Assembly: GCA_030141605.1 (NCBI GenBank)
Contig: JAQGDQ010000165.1
Location: 1-64,000, forward strand
DNA: 64,000 nucleotides
Source of the DNA: Tubiluchus corallicola
Lineage: Eukaryota; Animalia; Priapulida
Direction: 5' to 3'
Position numbers and translations under genes: made by a program. The notes below the pieces were generated by a model. That model did no database searches and was not told where the DNA came from. It worked only from the letters and a program-made list of their open reading frames with translations. Below are positions 13,335-25,015 of this stretch, in pieces. How positions within the stretch are numbered: position 1 is the first letter of the stretch; each line of letters begins with the position of its first letter.

Positions 13335-15002
13335 ATGAAATCGTCTGTGACTGCAATGTTGCTGGCTATGCTGGTCTGTACACTGTTTTCGCTAACCAGC
13401 GGTCAAGCTGTGGGTTTCAGAAGTGCTTCAAGAAGCAGCTCTGTGGGTAATAGAGTCTGCTGTGTGCGGTTGAGCGATCTACTTGGAAACAACGGACAAC
13501 TGAAATCCCCCGACAAGATCATCAGTCCGTCAAAAACATGCATCGAACTGCAACCCTCACAAAAGTAAGTTCTTGCTAGATTACGCAAACGCGCAATGCG
13601 GTCCAAAAATTGTTCAGGTGCGACTTCGGTGTAGAATCAAAAATGACAGGGTGAGGCATAAGGGCGATCCTGCATGGGTGCCTTGTTATAGATTAATCCG
13701 CAAAAAGTAGTCTCATTAAAACAGCTAGCTAGTAGGCGGAGAATAATTACAAAAAGTGACGTCACAGTGGGTCATGGGTCACCACATTGTGGAATAACAC
13801 TGTCTGTAGATTAAATACTCTATATCACTAGAGTAAAATTATATTCTTCGAAGCATACTTGTTTGTTCTAGACGAAAATTAAAACCTAAAAAATATAAAA
13901 GTATTGAAACTATCTCTTAGAAATTACCTTTTTGCTACAACTGTGAGGTTGTGAGGCCGACGAAGCCATCCCGCGACTTCAAACTGGTACAGAAAGAGGT
14001 ACATCATTACGTATAGCCCCTCAAGTTGGTACAAAAAAAGATGTACGACATTGGGTAGAGCCCTCAAGTTCGTACAGAAAAAGAGGTACGTCTTTGCGTA
14101 GAGGCCCTCACCTTGGTACAGAAAGAGAGGTACGTATTTGCGTATGACCCCTCAAGTTGGCACAGAAAGAGAGGTACGCCACTGCGTGAAGCCCTCAAGT
14201 TGTTACAGAAAGACAGGAACGTCTTTGCGTAGAGCCCTCAAGTTGGTACAGAAAGAGAGGTACATCTTTGCGTATAGCTCCTCAAATTGATACAGAAAGA
14301 GAGATGCGTCTTTGCGTAGAGCATTTGTAGGTCGGTAAAACTCTTCTGCTGTTATTTTAGTCACTCATTTTACATGATTTGCTTGTTAATTAACAAACCC
14401 AGTCCAATCTTAAACTGTAGGTCAAAACAATTTACTTTTTAAAATATTGAAAGGAAACATACTATTTTTTCAAATACGACTTACGTGAAAGAATTATTAC
14501 TCCACAAACATAATTTTGCATTCACGCCACTAGTTCTTCGCTGTCACATGCATTTCACCATTCGCTAGTTAGACGAGCACTAGGGCCTGCATTTTGGAAA
14601 CGCATTGCACATTTAGCCATTTTAGCCGTAATTTCCAACCAAGCTTTGAAAAGCAGCTCTGAATAAGATGCATAAAATTATCATTACGATCTCTATCTAT
14701 TAATTTTGCAGAGCAGCGATTGATTCATACGGAAATCGTCAACCGGCGAGTAGAGGAATAAATGACAATCGAGCTGCTCTAGTGCTGCCAGGCTGCCCGG
14801 CATGGAACTTCTTGTATAATATAAATCAGCCGATTTGTGCACTTTCTTGCAACGGTCACAACGTTGTCATTTTCCCTGGACAAAATCTCTTCGTAAGAAA
14901 ATGTCAGACGTAAGTTCATATACCAATGATTGTATTTGTGAAATGTGAAATGCTTATACATTGCCAAAGCATCATTCTCTCCCTCCCTCTTTCTTCCCTC
15001 TT

Positions 15003-15057
<55 letters not shown>

Positions 15058-15506
15058 GTCTCTCTCTCTCTCTCCCCTCTCGCTCTCTCTTGCTCTCTCT
15101 CTCTCTGTCTCTTTTTTCATTCATGCATTTTCTCTCTCTCGCTCCCTGTTCTCCCTCTCCATGTCCTTCTACTGCAGTTTGCAGCATAATTGTTGTCTAA
15201 TTAGCAACAACGACGACGACGACAACAACAACGAAGACGACAGCAGCAGCAACGGTGATGACGATGACGACATTAACAGCAACTACACCAACAACAATAA
15301 TAAAAATTATCCCTTATTGTTATAAAATCATTGTAAAGAAATTATACTATTTCAGTCCTGGTGCAAACTGTGTTTATACGAAGCATTGCCACGGTCAGTG
15401 CACTCAGTTCGTCGGAGAAATACTTCTGAATGGTTTCGATCTCTCCACAAATCAATTTGGTCAATATGGATTCAAATATCCCAGATTCTGCTACTGCAAA
15501 ATCTGA
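13335..15506 (+). CDS. Secreted Spaetzle/neurotrophin-like cystine-knot precursor A, 192 aa; join(13335..13564,14712..14909,15356..15506)
   Basis: Canonical GTAAGT donors and (T)nCAG acceptors, both coding introns phase 2, frame open throughout. Signal peptide MKSSVTAMLLAMLVCTLFSLTSG. C-terminal ...GCPAW...PIC...RKCQTPGANC...GQCTQ...FKYPRFCYCKI* has C-x35-C-x6-C-x9-C-x29-CxC spacing. Exon structure is identical to paralog B. Confidence 0.88.
13978..14322. repeat. Intronic minisatellite, 8 copies of about 43 bp (TCAAGTTGGTACAGAAAGAGAGGTACGTCTTTGCGTAGAGCCC)
   Basis: Head-to-tail diverged copies with no unique spacers. Confidence 0.9.
14975..15300. repeat. (CT)n microsatellite plus CAA/GAC tract in intron 3 of gene A
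   Basis: Directly visible. Confidence 0.9.
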
Positions 15507-15765
15507 ACTTCTCAGCTGTTACCTAGCAACAATATCAAAAAGGAAAAACGGTTTATTCTTTATCACAATATTGAAGAAACAATGTCATCTTGAGATTTTA
15601 GATTAAAAAACACTAACGTTATGCAAAACATACTAACTTAAGGAGACACGTGTATTTTCGTTGTTTTGGAATAGGGTAAACGATAATGGCAGTCTAATAA
15701 TGACAGTGTAATAACATATAAAAGTTAGTAGTAACAACACTATAGTATATAACATGGTATAGATA

Positions 15766-15771
15766 AATAAA
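15766..15771 (+). terminator. Candidate polyadenylation signal of gene A
   Basis: AATAAA 260 nt after the stop codon, followed by a T/GT-rich tract. Confidence 0.45.
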
Positions 15772-16559
15772 GTTGATTAAAATTGCTCTCTGTAGCTTTT
15801 GTTTTTATTGTAAAAGACGGTGATTTCTCTAACGATTATCAATGCGAATTTAAATGCAATATAAACTCTGCATTTTCACTTAGCATTTGTTATTATAATC
15901 ACCACATTGTATAAACAGAACATTGTATAAAACTAACTTTAAATTTGTTTAATAAACTTACTTCATTTGCTGTGCGCAATTCATTTACTTTGATATAAAA
16001 TGTCGAGTTTGTGTTTTTTCACGTGAATATCATATTACAGAAGTGTATTTGTTTAATTTTACCATGGACACGGTGGTTAGTCAACCACTCGGCTCATGAG
16101 CACTTCACTAAAAACTGACTGGCCAACAGACTGACCACCAACAATCAACCAATAAATCAATTAACAGCAAACAAAACCTACCAGCTAATCAACCAACCGA
16201 CTAACGAATCAACCAACCAACCAAATAAACCAACCACCTAGCAATCCTGCAGCCAGCTAAGCTACCCACCACCAATCAACTATCCAACCCACAATCAAAC
16301 AATCAGCCAGCCTCAGCCGACTAACCAGTATACCAACCGATTGCAATAACAATAGTGAACATGTAATCTTCGTTACGTATTTGACCCACCATGAAGGCCA
16401 CACGATTCAAGCAGTGGACCAAACCATTCCCCAAGGGGGGGGGGAGCCCGAAGTCGATGTGTGCTTTTCACAAAGCTTATTGTTTTTAATGTAATCAAAA
16501 TTGCAAGAGTAAGTTTAATTTGTAATTGCAGTAATTTTGTTCTTAAAGGGGAACAGTTT

Positions 16560-17560
16560 CAGTTAACGCAATTAGTCGGACTTGGGTTTGTAACATTTTT
16601 AACTGTACTGCTGCAGAAGTTACAAACCCAATTCTCACTAATTGCGTTAACTGAAACTTGATTAAATGAAGATACAGAATAAGTGTTTAATATACTCGCA
16701 AATGCTCTGGTAAACAGAACTGGAAAAACATAATTAGTAATAATAGTATCAAGAAACTCAGCCGTGACTTGATGGGAAGAGTGATTTAATAAGTTCAAAT
16801 TGTAGTCCCCTAACAAAAATAACTGCTTATTTTGTTTATTTATTATTGATAGTCTAGTAGTCAACTGTTCAGTAGGTAAATGTCTGTGGATTTTGCCCGG
16901 CTGGTCTGTAGATCACGCCGACTACTATGTTTTTGCCTTTAACTATATGAATATCAATAAAATTAAAGTACTTTCAAGGTCAGAATTGCTTGATGTTAAA
17001 GCGTTTCTCACTACATCACCGGTGTGTCTCATTTAATGAACAGCCCTACACGCCCGCGTTTTTATTGCATCAGCATAGAGCTGATAATTTCTTACTAGAT
17101 GTCATCGATCACTTACCAATATTATTAATTATTGATTTAAACATAGCAATATGTCAAACTAATAATATCGAAAAAGTAAAATACAATAACCATGTAAAAA
17201 ATAAATTAATAAGTGATACAGAATCAATTAACTGGGAGCAATTATGTAGTGTTTCAGATCCTGAAAAAGCTTACAATCTATTTTTAGACAAATTTAATGA
17301 AGCGTACTTTAAAAATATAAAAGCTACTGATGCTTCCAAGAAAAAGAAAACTAATATCATTAGCCAGTACATTCAGGCGCAAAAATGAAATGTACAATTC
17401 ATTAAACAAAAAAAACCTCAGACGCATCTGAAACTGACTATAAACAATACCGCAATAAACTAAATAACATTATTAAAAGTGCTAAATCCACTTATTATCA
17501 AAATAAGTTAAATAATGTTAAAGCAAACATGGGGAATTATGAAGCAAATAATGCATTCTA
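16560..17560. mobile_element. Decayed LINE APE-endonuclease region with an internal inversion
   Basis: + strand IALTET*L (about 16640) and DHLPI (about 17105) flank a - strand block with VGVIYRP and GDYNLNLL. Confidence 0.7.
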
Positions 17561-17579
17561 GGAATTCATGTTAACTGCA

Positions 17580-18201
17580 TTAAAGGAAGACAGGGTGATT
17601 TTTCGTATACTGCCCCATTTTCAAATCCGGTAACAAGTATAGATTTTAACACAATTAATACAGCAAAAGCGCTTCTGATAATTAGATAATAGACTAAAAA
17701 CTTAATTAACGGCGGGCGAGCCCAACTATTGATGACGTCACAAACTAACATCATTTTCGACAACAAAAATATTCCACGCGTGTCGCACGTGTTTGCAAAA
17801 GCGAAAATTGAAGACAGCGCTACTGTAAGATATTCAGTGTGTTGTACTAAAACTAAGCAAGTTTTTTAAGTTAAAAATTCAAATTTTAAATTTACCGCTG
17901 TGCTCACGCATGAGCTATCGAACGTGTGCAGTTCGTCACAAACTAACACATCTGAACTCAGAGGTACAGCACCTGTTTTCGGGAAATGCGTTCCTGAAAT
18001 GCAGGCGCTAGTGCCCGTCTAACTGACGAATGGCGAAATGCAACTAACAGCTAAGAACTAGAAGCGCTAACGCAAAATTGTTTTTGTTTTAACAATTCTT
18101 TCACAAAGTTATTTTGAAAAAATAGTAAAATTTCCTTTCAATATTTTAAAGAGTAGATTGTTTTGAGCTACAGTTTAAGACTGGGTCCAGTTTTGCTTTA
18201 A
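17580..18201 (+). mobile_element. TTAA-flanked (Kolobok-like) MITE, family 1
   Basis: TTAAAGGAAGAC...GTTTTGCTTTAA. Homologous copies or fragments at about 38030-38603, 61395-61802 (inverted), 10370-10580, 14395-14610 and 62116-62520. Confidence 0.75.
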
Positions 18202-18524
18202 ATCAATCCAAATCAAGGATTCCCACTAAACGTTCAGAACACGTTTGTTTCGATTATTTTACAATTCACTCTGTTTTGTATTTATTAGCCAAGTTCATTT
18301 TAATGTGGCATCCGATAATTTATGATTTTTTTCAAATTATTTTATGGCATGAAAGCTGTTTATGCTTACTGTTTTATATGCATTCATCATACATGTACAC
18401 ACGACTGGTGAGATTAAGTTCAATTTCTAATTTTAGTAATTCTATTCCTAATGTAAAAGCATTAAGAATACATTACAATAGCTAACAGTACTTTTAATCG
18501 TGTGCCTATTAAACTTATATATAT

Positions 18525-18748
18525 AGTTTGTAATGTAAATGCTTGTAGCAGGACCGGAAATCAGCTAACTATCAAGAATAGGTTCCTGTAAAATCAGGCA
18601 ATGAACTGACAAAATTAATGTCTCTTATCTACATTTTGATTGATTAAAACTGCGCAAAGGTAGTTTTGCTAACATTCACCCTAACATTTGAAAGGGGAGG
18701 AAAGGGAATTTTAAAGTACGTCCCTGTAAACTTTCCATGCGAAGTTTG
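18525..18748 (+). repeat. About 225-bp segment duplicated at 23387-23609
   Basis: AGTTTGTAATGTAAATGCTTGTAGCAGGACCGG...CATGCGAAGTT is nearly identical in both places. Confidence 0.9.
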
Positions 18749-18864
18749 AATAGTTTGAACAGAGTGAACAGAAGATGACGTATCTACTTTCTGAAGGAAT
18801 TTTATGTAGGTTTTGCCTGTTACTCAATCAGCGTTTGATTAATTGTCCATTGTTTTTATATTTA

Positions 18865-19420
18865 TAGTTATATATTTATTAATGCCAAAAATACACACAA
18901 TACAAGAAAAACAAGACATACATACAATTTCAATTTTGAAATATAATAGCACTATATTTCAAGCAAAACAATTACTGATAAAACAAATATTATCAAATCT
19001 TCCTGTTAGTTATTTTAGTTATCTTAAATGAAAAGTCTAATGATCAGTGTTTAAAATAAATTGTCATTCATCTGGCCTCATTTTCAATTATATGATAATT
19101 ACATAGTATTGATCATAGTATTTTCATCGTGTCTTAAAAACGCTTTTTCAGCATGATTAATAAATGCCTTAATTATTTCTAAATTATTATTTCCCATCAA
19201 GATTAAAGATTTCCCAGCAGCGCCCATAAGGAAAAATTCTAGTTTAGTTACATTGATGTGATTATATAATTTTCTAAGATCATTGTTATACGGACATTTT
19301 ATAACAAAGTGTAATTCATCTTCGATTTCATTTCGATTCTCAGCTGGGATTTTTCTAGGTTTAACGTACCTCTCTCTTTCAATATACAAAGTATGAGAGC
19401 TGATTCTCAGTAATTTTCAG
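18865..19420 (-). mobile_element. LINE ORF2 3'-end fragment
   Basis: ORF 19099..19389 contains EIEDELHFVIKCPY, a LINE C-terminal Cys/His motif. Same family as 11780-12260. Confidence 0.75.
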
Positions 19421-20157
19421 TAAATTTGTAAATTTTGTTATATAAGTTTTTGTTATTTTGTCATATAATCTGAGATATATCAATGTACTTATGATTGCAA
19501 TGTTTCTCATCAAATAAAAATATTGTTTAAACTAATATGAAAATACACTATTAATCAAAAGAGAACTTTTATGCAATCACATTATTTTTTTATCATTACT
19601 TTTCTAAACCGAAGCTTATAGAGATAAAACAGCCATTTTGTGCTTTAATCATGAATATTTATGGCGTGCATTTATGGGTGCAAATTTTAGCTTTAATAGC
19701 TTCAAAACAGCTTGTAACAAATCCATATATGGCAAGTGCTTTTAAAGTTCCAAAAACAGACTGTTCTTATTGGATAACGAAGCGAATCTCTCATAGTGTT
19801 AAAATCGGATTTTGCGTATTTAAGTTTTGTACTTGAAAAGTCTTTTTAGAATATCTTTTTAAGTTATAGTCGATGAGATATGTAAGTGTCTTTTGTTTTA
19901 TTCGTGTATCAATTGTCAGAAGACGTGCCTAATTTGCCCCGGGGAAGACGATGTTGACAACTTTCCTAAGCCAGTTTTAGGGAGATTGTCAACAGGCAGA
20001 GACATTCCCTATTGTTTCAACCAACCATTACAATAGCTTGTTTACCTCGTCTGGAGGTGCCCTTGCCGGACCTGCCCAGATGTTCCTACCCTCTACGTGA
20101 TCGTCTGCACGTCAATTCTGCTAATCACGTGTTTAATTTCTTTTGTTCTACCATGCA

Positions 20158-20314
20158 TATATAAACAACTGTGAGAGCATTTTTCCAAAGTTTTCAACAT
20201 ATCGTATGTCTATAAGCGAACGACGAGTTATAAAATCAGAAGTTGAAGAGTAAATCTTGTTACGATTTGACACTTTTAAAGAGTTTGTTGTGTTTGCTGC
20301 CATTGTGAAGTTCG
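20158..20314 (+). promoter_or_regulatory. Candidate core promoter and non-coding exon 1 of Spaetzle-like gene B
   Basis: TATATAAA at 20158 and donor TCG|GTAAGT at 20314/20315. The acceptor before the ATG exon (ATTAAACTTTACAG|AAT) matches that of gene A (ATTAAACTTTATAG|AAT). Confidence 0.55.
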
Positions 20315-21481
20315 GTAAGTTACAAGTTACTCTGTAAATTTTTCACTTAGAATTTTGTTAAAAAGCTGAATTTTCGTTGAATTTTAGTTTTATTAATTTA
20401 ATTTACTTTAACAATTTATGTATATATACGTTTTGCTTCAATTTCCAATTTGTAATGTGGAGGGACCTCAAGACAAGTTTCAGGAAACAGCGCACTTATT
20501 GTTTGGTATCAAGTGTCATACAATCCCATTATAACTCGACATAACCATTGAAAACAAAGCGTAATTTTGTGATTTACATGTGACAAAATAATACGTTATG
20601 TTCATCACTGTTGATAATATAAATCGTAGGTCTAAACGAATGGCAGTAGTTATCGCATATTCCAACAGAATGTTAAATAGAAATATTAATAACATAATCT
20701 AATATTTTAGACTTTACGTAATCGGTTACGAATACAAAGATATATGCTAAGCTGCTGCTTCTATGGATGTTCAATTAATGATTTATCAAAGAATTATTTA
20801 CTGAATTTCAAAAGCACTGAGACGAATCATAAGCTAGCCCAGAAATTCTCATTCCAGCGTGACATTATGTATTGCTGATACATATCCTCTATATTACTTT
20901 TCCATAAGCGAATTTTAAAACTCTATTCACACATAAATTTATCTGTTAATCGAGTTCTTTGCTCACTGGCTGTGTTAAATAACAATACTAGTATAAGAAC
21001 GTATATGTATATTCTATGCAGAAACCGTATTAGAGCACTCTTGGACCACTATACTTATGGTTATAGACTTGTTGACATAATAGCGTGCATTCTGTTCTTG
21101 ACTTTGCATGATGAATATGTAATTGAAATGATATTAATGAAATGTTGTATTCGCTACTGACAACATAAAGTTTATACCAATGTACATAAAACTACTTACC
21201 CTATTGTATTACATCTAATGTAGCATTATGTGTGAATAAAGATGATTATATTAACTTGTGTATATATATGCTGTGTGCTGTGGTCATATTTATCTAGTTT
21301 TTTATTGCTGTTGTAGATTCGACTTCTAGAAAACTTTTTGCAAGAACGATTTAACTTACTGCAGAAAGACCGTTTCCTGCAGGACTAACTACTACGAAGT
21401 TACTCTAAATTACATGAGACACCCGCATCAAGAGTAATAGTTTTAATAATTTTTTCTATTAAACTTTACAGAATTTACATA

Positions 21482-24397
21482 ATGAAGTGGTCACTGACAG
21501 CCCTGTTGCTGGTCATATTGGTCAGCCTGGCGGTCACGTTGGTTGATTGCTCAGTGGGTAGTAGAGTTTGCTGCGTGCCCATAGAGGATTTGATTAGCGC
21601 AGACGGGCAACTGACAACGCCCGATAGGATCCCAAACTGCTGCGGATCATATGATTGTAGGAGCTTGGATCGTTCACAAACGTAAGTTAATAAGAACTGA
21701 ACAAAATTACTAATTCCCGTTCACATGAGGCGATCACCGATCAGTGTAAACTCGGTTTCATCTTAGACCAGAATCAATTCTATTTATACAAATTAAATGA
21801 AGCAAAACAGTTATTATTATTAGTAGTAATCTTTTATTCGAGTGAAATTTTTATACAGCAATATAGTGTTAGTACATATTAATACAACAAAAAACAATTT
21901 TTGCTATTAACTAAAAAACAAGAAATGATGAAATCCATTTGCATATCGCCATCATGCTTCATGTAGTTGCTTACACATTCATAAACTGTTTTTCTTGCGT
22001 CTCACATAAAATTTAAGCAAAGAGTACAACCATACTTTATTCTTAAATCAACATCTGAGTCATTCATAAAATATAACATTTTTGGCATAACAAGCGAGTC
22101 GGTATTGTGAATCTTCTTAAAAATCCCAATTTACGATTATCAAAAAATTTGCTGGCATGGTACGACAATAATACATAAGTAGTTTTACATTTCGTTTTGT
22201 TTAGTGGAATGTTTTTTATACGCACAGTTCCAATTTATTCTAATTACATTCGCATCTATAGTGGAAATGCCATCAATTTCACACCTGTACAACAAAATAG
22301 CAAGACAGTAAAAACTAATTAGTGCTTTGCTACTATTGGTTTGAGTTCGGCCCCATTGCCTACAATATATTATTTAAACAACCGAAATATTTACGCTTCA
22401 GTCTCGTAATGTCAACTGCAAAGTCTTTGTCAGTTTTAATATCACATCCTAAATAATTTACACCATTTTTCCACTTCAATGCCATGCTGCAAAACAAAAT
22501 GCTCCCATGTCCTGGCGAGCTTCTTCCGAACTATATCAACATCGTCTTCTTCGGATTAAAAGTCATACCCCAATATTTACAATATATTTCGCATAATTAT
22601 CTTTAGCCTTTCTCTAAGAAGCCTACAAATGTTTCTCTAAAATAATATCCATACCCTGCTTTACGTAATTGTTTTATAAGATCGTCAATGTATATACAAT
22701 AGAGAACTGGAGACAGTACTCCACCATGTCTTACTCCGGATTTAATACAAAATTCATCGCTCTTTACAGTCTCCTATTTCACATATGCATATAATTTGTT
22801 GCTACGTTATTAGACGTATGTTAATATGTTCTAAGCACAATGAAATGTGTCTATAGATTATGGGTTGCCACATAACGTAATTCAAAGTACATCAGGTTCT
22901 ATTAGCTCCACAATAATTTTAATAGATGGTAACACTGGTCCTGTAAACAATACTGTTAGACCCAGTATAGCGACATCTATCTTCCGAGAAAAGAGGCATT
23001 ATAAGCTGTTTCAAATTTAAAATCGGTGTTTTTTCTGAGACCAGCTGTAATGGCAAATTTCGAAATGTCCAATGTTACTGTTACGTCTGAATGGGGTTTT
23101 CCAAAAAATCTTTAATATCACGTATTCACCGATTAATTTTGCAGATCGACGATTGATACATTCATACAACAGCGCGGAGAGGAAGAGGCAGAAGCAACTG
23201 ATGAGGATGGAGAAAGAGGATGGCCAAGTTGTCGCTCGTTCAAGCGGCTGTTTCGAATTCGTTTTCCAATTTGTTTGCCATCTTCAAATGGGCAATACGT
23301 CATCGTATTCCCGAGACAATGGCTTTACCTAAGAATATGCAGAAAGTAAGTTTATTTAAAATTGTATACTCCCACGTATTGTTGTACAGTTTGTAATGTA
23401 AATGCTTGTAGCAGGACCGGAAATCGGCTAACTATCAAGAAGAGGTTCTTGTAAAGTCAGGCAATGAACTGACAAAATTAATGTCTCTTATCTACATTTT
23501 GATTGATTAAAACTGCGCAAAGGTAGTTTTGCTAACAGTCACCCTAACATTTGAAGGGGGAGAAAAGGGAATTTTAAAGTACGTCCCTGAAAACTTTCCA
23601 TGCGAAGTTATATTAAGTAGCATTAGGCTTAGCTATTTGAATGACTTTGCATAAATGGAAAAGAAAATTCTTAGTAATTTAAAATGTTTGTGCCACATTT
23701 TGAAATGTCACTGACTCACCTTTCCAGTGTGTACCACAGGCTCGCCAAAAAACGTATTTTAATATTTTTAGTATATACAGTATACAGTAATTTATTCTTT
23801 TCTTTAAATTATTTATTGTTAGCGAAGAGTGTTCTATGAATACTGTGAGTATTTTTGTCAAACTTTACACAATGTTATCTAAACTTGTTTCAAACGAGAT
23901 ACCGTCACAATGACTGCTCCTAACGGTCACCGCGGGAATTTAAATTTCACGTTTTATACAGCGTTGCTGCTAATGCAAGCCCTGTGCGCAATAAGAACAG
24001 TGTGTAAGTGGTGCAAAATTTCAAGATGATTTTTTAGCTTTATAAGTAAAGGGTTTTCTTGTGATTTAAGTTTGTAAGAAATTATAGACCTAGCAATTTA
24101 AATGTTCCTCTTGCCCAATTATAAATTGTCTGTAAGTCTTAAATTTCATAAAGCTCAATTTTTTCCTCCTTAAATTTAGCAATAAAGAAATAAACTTCAG
24201 TTTAAATTATAATGGTTGTTACTACAGTTATTCTATTGTACCATTCCAGCTTGGGTGCAAAGTGTTTTTCTGCTGGGCAACATGGTTTCTGTGAACAACT
24301 ATTTAGACAGAAACGGTTATATGGTTACAACTTGACAACAAAAAAAGTTGGTTACTATAAGTTCAAATATCCCTCGTATTGCCATTGCCAGATCTAG
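21482..24397 (+). CDS. Secreted Spaetzle/neurotrophin-like cystine-knot precursor B, 182 aa; join(21482..21681,23145..23345,24250..24397)
   Basis: GTAAGT donors, CAG acceptors, phase 2/2, open frame. Signal peptide MKWSLTALLLVILVSLAVTLVDC. Knot domain PSCRSFKRL...PIC...RICRNLGAKC...GFCEQ...FKYPSYCHCQI* (C-x35-C-x6-C-x8-C-x29-CxC). Confidence 0.88.
21900..22800 (-). mobile_element. Decayed LINE reverse-transcriptase fragment in intron 2 of gene B
   Basis: Minus strand gives SGVRHGGVLSPVLYCIYIDDLI (RT GVxQGxxLSP motif) and VNYLG. The frame is disrupted. Confidence 0.8.
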
Positions 24398-24475
24398 ATT
24401 TCTATATACCAGCCAACCAACCACAGTTAGAAGACTGATTGATTAACGTCTTATCTGTTTCGTCGTAGATTTCAA

Positions 24476-25015
24476 TTAAAGGAAAACCGGACGATTAATC
24501 TCATTTTAATTTACTGTCCAAAATATACACTTTCTTGCCTATGAAATTTAACAATTGTTTCTAATAATTGAATAATTATCTTGGAAAGTTAGTTAACGGC
24601 AACGGAACAGCTAACGCTTACGTCACAAACTCACCACAGTTTGTGTTATGGTAGGCATCCTCCCCGCGTCAAGCACGTTTGCGTGAGCAAACGCTGTTAT
24701 AAGACGCTGATGTGATGTCACGAAAAAATGAGTTCTACCTCACACTGACGTCACAGGCGAACACTGCAGTTGACCATACTTATCACGGTACCACACCTGT
24801 TTGTTGTTCTCGCAAATGTAAGAAAACGGCGCCATTGCTAGTCTTAGTCGATGTGTGCTGACTACACGTAGCTTTGAAAGTTTAACAAATTTAGCTATCC
24901 GCTATAATTATTATTTAATCTGAGCTTTGATTTAAAAAGCTGTTGTAGTTTTCAATATTTTAGGGTACACTTTATTTTGAACTAATGTCTACACAATCGT
25001 CCGGTTTTCCTTTAA
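24476..25015. mobile_element. TTAA-flanked (Kolobok-like) MITE with perfect TIRs
   Basis: TTAA-AGGAAAACCGGACGATT ... AATCGTCCGGTTTTCCT-TTAA. Confidence 0.85.

Noticed and set aside
13978-14322. CRISPR-like array
   Set aside because: Units are contiguous with no unique spacers, there are no cas genes, and it lies in a eukaryotic intron: a minisatellite.
14779-15325. Overlapping ER/SL-rich ORFs
   Set aside because: (CT)n intron repeat and the antisense of exon 3 of gene A.
23072-23332. 86-aa ORF from the track
   Set aside because: Wrong frame. The real exon (23145-23345) is read in another frame that matches paralog A.
13335-24397. Assigning a gene symbol (spz, NGF, IL17, trunk)
   Set aside because: The similarity is at fold/motif level only. 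Orthology cannot be established without searches.
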